Positions 34,333-45,257 of a stretch of 64,000 bases of DNA are shown one piece after another. Made by a program: the position numbers and the translations under genes. Source of the stretch: Gonapodya sp. JEL0774 (lineage: Eukaryota); contig JADIIX010000056.1 of NCBI GenBank assembly GCA_027604505.1, positions 62,001 through 126,000 on the forward strand, given 5' to 3'. Position 1 is the stretch's first letter. Each line of letters starts with the position of its first letter. The notes beneath the pieces are model-generated. The model made no database searches. It was not told the DNA's origin and saw nothing but the letters and a program-made list of their open reading frames with translations.

Positions 34333-36636
34333 TCACGGCATCTCATATCCCCTCGCCTTCCCTGCAGAATGAGACCCAGCGCTTCCAGTCTTTTGTCCAA
34401 CTCCATGTCCCGGCGCGACCGCCGACGCTGCCCTCCGATGTCGCGATGCAGAAACTCCCGAAATGCTGCGATGAAGCTTCCCAGCGCCGAGGTAGTTAGG
34501 TGAGCGAGCGCGGTCCAACGGTGATCGTGAACGACGTGGCGAAGGAGAGAGTGTTGTTGTGCTATCGAGAAGAGTAGATAAAGTGGACGAAGGAATGTTT
34601 AGGATGCGAATACGAGAAGGTGTCGGCTGGAACGGTGCGGCATCGCGCTGTTCAGTGGTATATCGTTGCTGTGATGCAACCGTAGGTGCTGTCATGTTCG
34701 CACCCATGACTTGATAGAGGCTGTGATGCCCGTTGCTCTCCAAGACACGCGCCTCCCGTCGTGCCATGGCGGTCCGCACAGCTTCTTCCACCCATGCGCG
34801 TACATTCTCCTCCTGCCTCACCAAGCTCGGAGCACACAGTCCTCTCAACGTTTCGTCCGCGATTGCACGTGCTCGGGGTGAAGAGCGAGGAGCAATTGTG
34901 TGATCCGCTAAAAATGGGTGACACCGCATGAAGCTCGCGGACAACGAATCCCGATTCGCAGGATTTAAAAGCGTCTCGACAAAGTCACGAGCAATTGCCG
35001 AGACAGAACTGATCGGCGTATTATGAGTAGAGCCGGTCGAGAGGGTCGATGGTGGAATGGAGGGCCAGTCCAGTTTTATCGAACCGTCTGGGAGTGTTCG
35101 AGACGCGAGCTCGGCGAGGAGGTCGGAAGGGTTGGACGAGCGGAACGGAAACTGAATTTGTTGGAAATATGAGGTCGGAAGTTGCATGCGGCAAACTCGC
35201 GTTGGAAGTACCCACGTATCCACATAACAATCCGTAAGCCACAACACCCGATCCCCACAGGTCACCCCATCCGGCTTGGGGCATGTAGCCGTATCCCTTG
35301 CCTCTTGTAGCACATTGAAGAACTGCTGGACTGGCGTAGTGGACGCAGCCCACCGGTTCGGTCAGAGGGATCTCAGGGTGATAAAACGAGGAGAGATTGA
35401 AGTCGATGAGTACGAGGCGCCCGGTTGTGCGATCGTAAAGAAGGTTGTCGAGTTTAATATCCCGGTGTGTGAGGGAGAGTGAATGGATATGGGCTGTGTT
35501 GGGGTTCAGTGTTGGGGGATTACAGGAATGACCAGTACATGACGTCAGTTGCGCCTTGTTGCGTCATTGTTATTTCGTCGCTAGGACAAATCCCCCCCCA
35601 ACCTCCGTCCTTTACTTAGCACGGCTAGGAGAGTCACCAGACAAATGCTATACCACTTTGGACCACAGCTTGCGGGTCATCATGGCATCCGGTATCCAAC
35701 CATGAAAACGGTCCACACAAATGCATGTCCGCAATTGACGGGCATCAAAGCCTGAATTCTTCTTCTAACACTCCGAAATGCCATTCGCTCCTGTCTACCA
35801 CATAGGTCGCCGGCTCGTATTGCGCCTCAATTGCAACTCACCCAGCGCGCTCATGAGCTGAGACATGATATGTGCAACTTCTTGTTCAGACACAGCTCCC
35901 CCATTCGATTTGAGGAAGTCGAAGAGCTCAATGCCCTCTACGCGCTCGAGAACCATGTGGACTTTGACTGCAAGTGCCCCGTCAGAAGTTGGCCATGCCT
36001 GTCGTGAGTCGGTCTCAATTGCGAAGTCGTAGAGAGAAACAACATTGGGATGGGTAGATGCGCGAATGAGGCACGCAAGCTCGCGAATGGAGAAGAGGGA
36101 GAGGTTAGCCTTGGAGTTGGAGGTGGAGTGAGGGTCGAAGGGAGCGACATTCGCATGTGGGGATTTCAGATTGAAGGAGGAGGACTTTACGACGGCCTAA
36201 AAGGAGAATATGTATGTGAAGAGGTAAGAGAGTGCTTATACCACGTGCTTCGTTGCTTGTGCAGAGGACAACAGCAAATGACTTTCGAGTTACCCCCGTC
36301 TCGCCACCGCCCCCGTCTGCAGTCCAGGTTCCACTCGCTTACCTTGACTCCAGTGTCCACGTTCTCGCATGCTCGAACCATTGAGAAGCTCCCTTGTCCG
36401 ATTGTTTCACCCACTGCCCATCGGCTGAACACTCCCTCCAAAACCGAGGAATGAGACGGATGGGAGAGGAGCAAGTCTGGAAACGATCGAGAATGAGGCA
36501 TAGGTTTTTCGTGATGGTGTAAAGAAAAGTCTTCGTCAGTCCCCATCATATTGTTTGTTGTAATTATGCTTATGATCTGGTGCGGTGTATCCACCGGAGT
36601 TTGGTTTGCGCGCGAACTCCTCAAGGGTTTCGACAT
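34333..36636 (-). CDS. Ser/Thr protein kinase (CAMK group-like) with variant DFN / YASP motifs
   Basis: IGQGSFSMV, AVVK, IRE, HPNVVSLYD, MVLERVEGIELFDFL, HRDIKLDNLL, LIDFNLS, GCVHYASP, DLWGSGVVAYGLLCGYFPF. The 3' end is approximate. Confidence 0.88.
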
Positions 36637-37000
36637 GGGACAACAAAAACCTAAAGAATAAATCGCTGCAGTAAATCAAGTTTTCAATTGCAGCAACCCA
36701 AAAGACCAATAGCATGTGATTTTCTGTTTCAGCAAACCGCAGAGTTGAACGTCAAAGCCTCTAGTTCTATCGGCAGCATCCGTTTTTTCTTGTTGTGCCA
36801 AATGAAGCATTCTTCGATAAACCCATGCTTGACTCTTTTGAATACGTGGTAAATGGATTGATTCAGTAAGTATGACGATTGGTGACGCAAAAAGTCCTTG
36901 GGAACATTTCCCCTGAAGACCAGGTCCCTGGTCTCCTCCTTCGGGCGGGGGGACCAATGAAAACTGTAACCTTCTCGCTGAGAACCTTTACTCATAATCT

Positions 37001-37120
37001 TCGTCACCAACGTTTTCGTTTCATTTTGTATTGTTCTCGAACAGTAAAGCATGTGACGAACTGTCATTAAGGAATCCCAATCGAGAACAACACAAAATGA
37101 AACGAAAAGGTTGGTGACGA
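37001..37120. repeat. 40-bp inverted repeat (38/40 match) with 40-nt spacer
   Basis: 37001-37040 TCGTCACCAACGTTTTCGTTTCATTTTGTATTGTTCTCGA is the reverse complement of 37081-37120 TCGAGAACAACACAAAATGAAACGAAAAGGTTGGTGACGA except at two positions. Confidence 0.95.
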
Positions 37121-37758
37121 TGGGATCACTACACCTGCCATTTCTGATTTACCTTGCGAATAACTTCCGACAATGCATTTCTAGTTTGAATTCTTCCTGT
37201 AGTTTTCACGAATGCAACGCGTTTCCGCCCTGCTGCCTTTTGTTGACGAATCGTCAGTTTTGCAACTGAGATCGATCTCCAGAACTGTAAAAACAAGTTT
37301 TTCACTTGTGTATGGAGGATAAAATTCGTTACAGATCCTTATCTTTCAGTATGTTTACCTACGTTCGTTGTCAATATCTGCGTTCGTTTGTTAGCCAGTT
37401 TGACCAGGGATGATAATGTCGCCAAAGCATTCCATTCTTTCTACATCCGGTGAACTTCGAGTGAACATGCTCGAAACAGAATGGAATGATAATGCCGGGG
37501 TTCCGTACCACGAGGGGGTAGTCTATGTGTCCACATAAGTGTTGTTCATGTGTGGGCGGATGTGAAATGTACAAAGTGTTCTTTATGTAGTGCTTGAAAT
37601 GAAGGCTATTTTAGTAGATCGGGTTCAAGGAACTCACCACCACAAGGATGCAAAAGGGAGGAAATACTTGGGTCTGCAGTTTGGTGTTGTGAGAGTTCGT
37701 TGCGGGCAGTACACGGGGCTGCGGCCTCAATGTTGCAAAGCGATCAGCAGCTCAAAAG

Positions 37759-40122
37759 ATGTCGTTCACAAGCTCATCTTTGGCGCCTTCTCTCATTAAC
37801 CTTCCACGAGAACTGCTTCTTCACGTTTTCGAATTGCTCGATGTCATTTCCCTCGCAAGAATCAGCTGGACATGTACATCTCTCAGATCACTGGCGAACA
37901 TCGACGAACTCTGGTGCACTATTCTGGATCGAGAATTTTCGATGCGGGGACAAATGAGCATTTCTGAAAAGGTTGTGACTATGGTAGGGTCTGGTCAAAG
38001 TGCGATCGAATCTGTTCGTGAATGGTACTGGGTAGTGGGCAGGACTTATGGCGACCTGATTGGAATTTCCAGTGAGTCAATCTTTTCTTCAACTTTTTAT
38101 CAAGACCTTTGGCATTGGTGGATGGAGAAAACAATAGTTTTCATCTCACATCAGTCAGCGCTCACTATCCGTTTGTCATTGCAACAATTCAACGCCGTAC
38201 CACCACCAGTGTCAGATTTTCCATTTTTCTCCGGCGGCCTTGTCTCCGTAACGCTCTCTCCTTCTGGAGGAATCGTTGCTCACCACGTCACTGCGGTCGA
38301 AGAGGACCACACTCCCTCTCCCAAATCGTTCTCCCTGGATCCCGCTTACACCTGTGACGCACTTGACCCCAAGATCAACAAAACACCAATATGGGAAGTA
38401 GTCATACACAACAACAGGGTCCATCAAGGTGTAGGCGATGATGATGAACGCAGCACTGAACAGTGGTCTGAGGACGAAGTTTCACAACAGCCCAGTGACG
38501 CACTCGACTCCATCAACTCCCATACAAATTTGCGCTGGGGCCGATCTCAAGTGCAAGTGCTTTGCCTCTCCCGTCCGCAATCCGATCGCCCCCCACCGGT
38601 CTGGCCCGCTGTCGCTTCTCACCCAGGAGCTATCATCCGTACGCTTGATGGCTGGATGGAGCACCAGGGTGACGCCTTCTCATCCCGCTCTGGTGTCGTT
38701 GGATCTCTTCTTTCTGCTTTGGCTGGTGCCGTCTCCTCTTCCACCTCAGCTCCCTCTTCATTCGGCACCACATCCCACCTGCCAATTTCCGACCCTCCAC
38801 CACCACCACCGCACATCAGCCTCACCTCCCACATCTCTGGTATTATCCTCCAGGCCCCTTCCCCGCCAAACAATCTCTGGCCTCCACCGCGTCCACCATA
38901 CATGTTACAAATGTTAGACCCAGACCATGTTGCCCGCATATCATACAGGGACCCCGCACTTGCCACGAGCGCTCCACTTGCCCTGAATGAATCCTCCTAC
39001 CCCGTAGTGCCCTCATGCTACTCTCTACGGTGCAATCGTGACTGCCACGTGCGTTCTGTAAGAACTTTCGCATTTCAAAGCTCAGTGGGAAAGTACAGGT
39101 CTGTGTTCTCCAGGGTGTCTGTGCCACCAAAACCGATGGGGTTGGAGAAACCACCCGTGAACGTGAAGGAAGGCGTGTGGGTGGGGACGTATGGAGGGCA
39201 CGGATTGGAATTTTTGTTTGTCACGTGAGTATTTTGTCCCGATGGAACTGACTGCCTGGGGGCTAGCAAAACCGAATGGGGCAATCTTTGATCCCAGTTC
39301 TTAGGATGGTTTCGAATTTTCTTCCGTTCGGGTGCCACGGGATCTCCCGCGGAGTGCCATGTCCATTGACATGAGCCCAGGCTGTACTGATACCTGGCCG
39401 TACTACACAGTCTCAGGGCCGACATTTCTGATGACCACATTGAACCTCCCCATTGGCAGCTCCGTTTCGAGAAACTGACAGGAGGTGGGCATGTTATCCA
39501 AGCTATCATTATCATTGCCCTAAAAGCTGCGCAACACCTCTTTGGAACCTGTCGACCTCGTCGATAATTTCCCTCGCAGACGTGAATGTCCCACGTGGCG
39601 CGACGTCTCTTCAGGCCTACCTCCACCTCCCCATCGACCCACGCCGAGCGCCAGTGCGCCGCACTTCGCAAACGTTTGCCATGAACTCGCAAGACGAACT
39701 GTCTGTGGTGGAAGCGGCAGGAGCTGAAGGTGCGGAAGCAGTGTCGTGGGATTTAACGAAGGCATGGGAGTTTCGAGAAGGGGTGGATGGTGGGATGGAT
39801 ACTGGAGAATTGAGATCCGACAAAGGGGAGGTTAAGATACATGCGTTCCCAGCCCAAGCAACTGTGGCGCTCACAGGATATCGGAATGTAGGACGTATTG
39901 AAGCAACAGGTCAGTGAGTAGTTTGGGTATAGGGGCTCTTCCTACAACAGGTGAGACTTATCCGATATTGTTAACCCCCCATTCATACACCACCTATACA
40001 CCACCTTTCCGTCGCGCGCTGTTTTCTTGACCTTCTTAGTGGTCATAATCTCCCCCACGGAAGTAGCAGTGATCTGGCACGCTCTTCAAAATGTTGGACG
40101 CTACAAGCACATCGATATCTAG
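37759..40122 (+). CDS. F-box protein, FBXO31-like (C-terminal Cyclin_D1_bind/DUF3506-type beta barrel)
   Basis: N-terminal F-box LINLPRELLLHVFELLD..SLARISWTC..L..LAN.DELW; C-terminal GVWVGTYGGHGLEFL and spliced EKLTGDVNVPRG. Confidence 0.8.
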
Positions 40123-40210
40123 TCAGGAACCCCAAATGTCTCGAACTGTTGTAAATAATATAAAGAAAAATGTGTACAAGTAAGAAAACTTGGCAAATAT
40201 TTCTTTAATT

Positions 40211-43200
40211 TTAAGCGGACTCCTCAGGGCCTTTCTTGGTGGCCAACTGCACAGCGGCGACGGCCTGAAGGGGAGTCAATTTCGTAACTATTAACGCGTG
40301 CTCGTAGCGACTCAAGGTCGGCATGGTGCAGGGACTAACCTCCTCCACAACTATCCCTTCCTCAACATCCTTGTACACGACACGGAGGATGAGCATCGAA
40401 ACAATTCCGAGCGCGAGCAAACAAATGTTCGTAATTGTTCCGTATCGGTAAGCGGGCCCTGCGATGGAAATCAATGAGCAGTTCAGTGGTGATTCGCACG
40501 AACTTGTGAAGCGTGGTCAGAACCTACCGGCGGTGTTAGGATCTACATCGGAGGGGTGCGGAGGTGGTAAAATACAGTAAGACGTGTGCTAAAAAAATGG
40601 GTGGGGGAGAAGGTGTGGGTTTACTTACACAAGAACGGGGAAACGATACCACCGATGTTTCCGGAAGCAACCATGGCCGCTGTAGCTACCGCCCCAGACG
40701 TTGCTGTTCCTCTGTGGATCGAAAATTCCATGCCGTGTCGCAATTCGCATGGATAGTGAACGACTCAAAAGCAGCAATTACCTCATAGTCTTTGTCCTAA
40801 ATGTGTTGATGCATGGGATTGAACCGAAGGGACCAATAGTGGCGAGGAAGACACCTAACGTGGAAATAGAATCAGCATGGCTTCGTAATAAATCAGCTTC
40901 AGAGGAAAAGAATGATTAAACGCACCGAAGTACTTCGCGCCGGTGTTCGAGTTGACTGGATTGGGTATGTGTTCAGACAGCTGTGAACAGGCGAAAGTCG
41001 CGTGCACTCACCATCAAGGGCGAGTTGCATAACGAAACCAACGATTCCGACAGCCAAAGAGGCGGCAACATGGAGTGGTCGTTCATGAGTGCGGTCGCTG
41101 TGGTGCGACAATATCTTCAAGCACATTCCTCGGCATCACTGCTCCAATCGGGACCAACCTGTTGAAACCCAAACCGATCGTCCAGAAGAAGGCCAGTACG
41201 TATGGAGGAACCGTCATTAATTGGGCAATGTATGACACAAAGCCCAAGTTCTGATGTGAAACATGGTTAATGAAGAGAAGGTCAGGAGACTCAAACGGCA
41301 ACGCTACCTTAATGATGCTAGTAACATGCACCATGTAGCGAAGATCGCGTCGGTGAGGCAGATGAATATCTTAATGCCCGATCGCTCAAACCAATGATAC
41401 CTACGTCGGGTTGAAGTACGAAACCTACAATCGAGTTATGGTCAGTTCTGCAAATAGAGGTACTCAGTGTGCGGTATGGACGTTGAACATACGGAGTAGA
41501 GAGGGCAGACGCAACAGAAATAAGCGAAGTTCATGAGCCACGTCCAAGGATTCAAGAGAGTCTCCTTAAGCTCGTGTGCCTCAAAGTGCTTGTGAAGGTG
41601 AGAAGGCGCGGACCTTAACAGATAATGGAACCTGTCATTGAATTCGCGCATACTAATGGTGGGAGCTAAACATACGGGGGAAGGCGGTTTGATGCGATAA
41701 AACGCTCACGATCATTCAACCACTTCAATTCGGTTTGCGGGAAGTTTGGAAGGCTTCGAAAAGAACGGCATTGATGAGCCTAAGGTGCTTCAAGAGCATT
41801 TTTCATGAAAACTCACAAGAAGTAGACAGTCACACCGACTACTACAGAGGGGAGGCCCTCTTGATTTGCGAACATCATGGGTTCAGATTTCGCACTGCTA
41901 CAATTGAAATTGGAGCGAAATAGACTCACCGACTGTTGAAGAATGCAGAACAATGTGGGGAAAGACAGTTTGCGTGTTACTTGAATCAATGCACTTGGCT
42001 GGTGATTCAAAACTGGCACTCACGAATGAAAATCCACCTGCACACGGAACCGAGACATCATTGTACTTGATTTTCCAGTGACAAAATTAAAGGAAGGATT
42101 GCTCACCTCCACCCCTCAAGTCCGCCTTTGCCGTTGAGGAAAGAGATAGCGGACGCAAGTAGACCGGAGAAAGCACCGGCAACCGAAGCCATCGAGAAGA
42201 AAATCGCAACTCGGGCAGCTTGCTCCTAAAAGCGCGAAGTGATGTCAGACATAAACGGATTCATGGCAACGCCATAACAGAGCTTGAGGGATACAAACGT
42301 GCTGCTTATACCAGAAACTGTAGTAGTAGATGACTTTCGTGTGGCAAATTCCCTTGAGTATCTTTCTGGTTGTTGGAATTCCGGAAAATTACTTACACCC
42401 AGGGAAACTGCCAGCCTCCACTGTTCCCAAGAAAGAGTGAGAGGTTCAAGCCTCTACCTCCTCATACCAAGGAATTTATTCCACTCACTCAAGCCAAGGA
42501 AGAAACGAGCGGCCAGTAAGCCGCTGAAGTTATTAACGGCGGCCATGCATGTTGCACAAACACCCCACGTGACTGGTGCATCAATCAGCGGAAGCATCCG
42601 AGTGATGTCAGCTACTGATATCACGAGAGAACAACCTGCAGTCACTACAAACCCATAATACGAGCAAGCTGAAGAATTGAGAGAGGTTGGTTTCTATGCG
42701 AGATGTTCCAACAGCACCAACAGGATTCTCACCCAAACCGATGGGGAATACACTGTCATTTAGACCGAATCGATGACATCAGTGGGCACAAAGGCCAATA
42801 ATTTGATTACTAGTAAACGAAACACACCTTTCCTGTTGGATAATGGACGTTGTCAATGCAGTCAATTGAGGGCGAGGACAAGACAGTCAGAGCGCTCTCT
42901 CGACTCACATGAGGATGTTCGAAGGAACCTCAAAAAGGACATAGCCAAAAAAGAAGATCGCCACAGACTAGAAAACCGGGAGAGGTTCAGAGATTTTGTT
43001 GACTCTTGGGATTCTCCGAATCTTCCCCTCACCCAGGAGTACTGGTCCGGAGTCAAGGCAAGCGTCGCCTCCATCGACGTTCCAGGAATCTCAGAGTTGG
43101 CAACCTTAGCGTTGCCGATGTTCACTCTAAAAGGGGGAAGAGTTGGAAACGGACGACAAGAACTCAAGTGTCCTTCACGTCACCCACCTGTCCAGATAGC

Positions 43201-43433
43201 TGCAAAGATATAAAAGCATAATCCATGGGATAAGCTTCGAATCGAGCTGGTTTCAGAGGACATGGTAGTATTTATTTGAGTGGGAGAGGTATTGAGATAC
43301 CAATTCTTCGTTTTCTTCCCTCCCAATGAAGAACGGCAGGCTCGAGGACGAACACACAGAAACTAACCTTCCTGACAAGGGCTTTTTCTTCCTCCGCGCT
43401 CCATGGATGCTGCTCTTCCTTTGTTTCGCTCAT
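40211..43433 (-). CDS. MFS transporter, ACS (Dal5/Tna1-like) family, with many micro-exons
   Basis: EEKALVRKLDSKLIPW, LDRVNIGNAK, SIFFFGYVLFEVPSN, GLLAARFFLGLMEAG.FPG, WRWIFILEGLP, AQLMTVPPY, SDRT.ERP.H, GPAYRYG. Confidence 0.9.
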
Positions 43434-44466
43434 GGTAGAGGCCGTCGGTGGTGCAAAGGACAAGCGAGGGTAGATGGCGGTTGCTACACTATGAGAGCAG
43501 CGTGCGTGAGTTTTGGCGGGAGAAATCGTTGACCGCCAAAGCTTACGGTTGGGGAGAGCGAAGAACAACTTCTTTTTTCCTGCGCCCGGAGGTGGGAAAC
43601 ACTCAATTATATACATAGAATCATGAATCAGGCAGGAGGCTTCGGAGGCTCTCCTCCCGCCCCAACCGGAACACATAATAACCCAGTTTCATATCAGATG
43701 CACATTATACCTGCATTCGGAGTTACTACGTTTTGCAAGCTTCAGCTTCAGAAAGCTGAGTGCAGGAATTCAACTTTCACGGATAAGTGTATTTCCGGAG
43801 AATGGAGTGTCTCATGTTGATTCCCGCCAAATGAGTGCTCAAGTCAAATGGGAACAATATCAGAATGATGTCAGATTAAGTGTCCATTGGTTCTTCCTCA
43901 TTTGTTGGATTGGATATCCCTGGCCGGGTGACAGAAGGTGCTGTTCTTTGTACTGGATATATTCAACAGTCCGCGAGTTTGAAGTGCATGATTTGCCTGA
44001 AAAATGCAACGATTGCCATTTTGCCGCGTTGAGAATCCTCAGGTTTCTCGGTGATTTTCGGCCCTCACTGACTCAAAACCGAACCCGTCGGGAAGGACAT
44101 TTCCGCACTCTATAATGTCTTCAAGATAGGCTCCCATTCCAGTACTACGTTGCCGTGTTAGGCCGGCCACCAAAAATGCGAAGCCGCGCAGATACCCAGT
44201 GGCCCACGATCTTCTGGTGCTGAGCACATCTGACTCCTCCTGGTCAGATTTCTCATGTGGAGAGGATATTGGTTCAAAACAATTTTATTTCCTATCAGTA
44301 TGGCCAGTGTACAACTACGTGATCATACTAAGGATTATGTGTCTTGTCTACTGAAACCTTTGCATCTGGTTGAATTCGACAGTGAAATGGATCGAGAAAA
44401 GCAAATGTCCCCTGGGAACCATTGGAGCCGTCATGATTGGGCAGTATTGTTGCAATATGGTTTCGC

Positions 44467-44589
44467 CAAGTCGCATTCAGCGACGCGGAAGAGAAAGCGG
44501 TTGTCCGGAAGGTGGATTTGAGGTGAATGAGATTTCTAGATACGTGGTGTCTATCTTTGTCGTCTCAATCGTTTGTTGTTTCTAATTCG
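44467..44589 (+). pseudogene. Duplicated fragment of exon 1 / intron 1 of the downstream MFS gene
   Basis: 123-nt imperfect direct repeat of 45312-45434 (QVAFS.AEEKAVVRKVDLR|GTGAAT...). It has no in-frame ATG and no following exons. Confidence 0.85.
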
Positions 44590-45194
44590 ATCTATTATTG
44601 CACTTTCCTGATCTGCAAGTTATCTGGTTGCCATAAGGCCCTCCCTTCCGACCGGCTTGCAATATGATCACTGACTCCACGACAAACCTAGGAACTCACA
44701 CCCGGTGTGCGCTACATCACACTTACTGCAACGACAACTGCTTCACCAGGGTGATCTGGATATCGAGGAGGATGAGAATGAGTCGGGCGTGGGCTCCCCC
44801 GTCTGCGGTGCCCGTCCAAGGGTTTGCCCTGGTGCCGTCGGCAGGCCAAGTGAACCGAAAAAGAGACAAATCTGCAAGGTTCAACACATCTCGATGATAC
44901 GAATACTGATAGTGGTACTCCTCGTCAAATGTATTACAAGTTCACATACTCGAGAATGCGAATCATTTCGAAGAACAAAGCTCTGACATGAGATTCACTT
45001 CACGGAACGAAACACTTGAGGTTTGAAGTCTTCCTCCAGTTTTCATGATTGAAAATGAGAACTTTTGGCCGTCCTTAACTATGATCACAGCTGTCCACAT
45101 CGTCAATTCTCATTTATTCATTCGTGGTGCACAGAATGTTTTGGTCTCGGCAGGCACAGGGTCCGACAAAATTGAATTGGAGCAGCACTCCCCC

Positions 45195-45201
45195 ATATAA
45201 A
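45195..45201 (+). promoter_or_regulatory. Candidate TATA box of the second MFS gene
   Basis: ATATAAA about 60 nt upstream of the ATG at 45258. Confidence 0.35.
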
Positions 45202-45257
45202 CCACACCGCGAGAGCACCAATATCCAACTCCTTGTAACCTTCACCAACTTGAAACG

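Noticed and set aside
44039..44227. WATGY..FAFL resembling a flavin monooxygenase motif
   Set aside because: A single short motif with no flanking FMO features, so it cannot be supported by eye.
44705..44986. Acidic ORF vaguely like a PIF/Harbinger transposase C-terminus
   Set aside because: It has no LHN motif or DDE residues, and the similarity is too weak.
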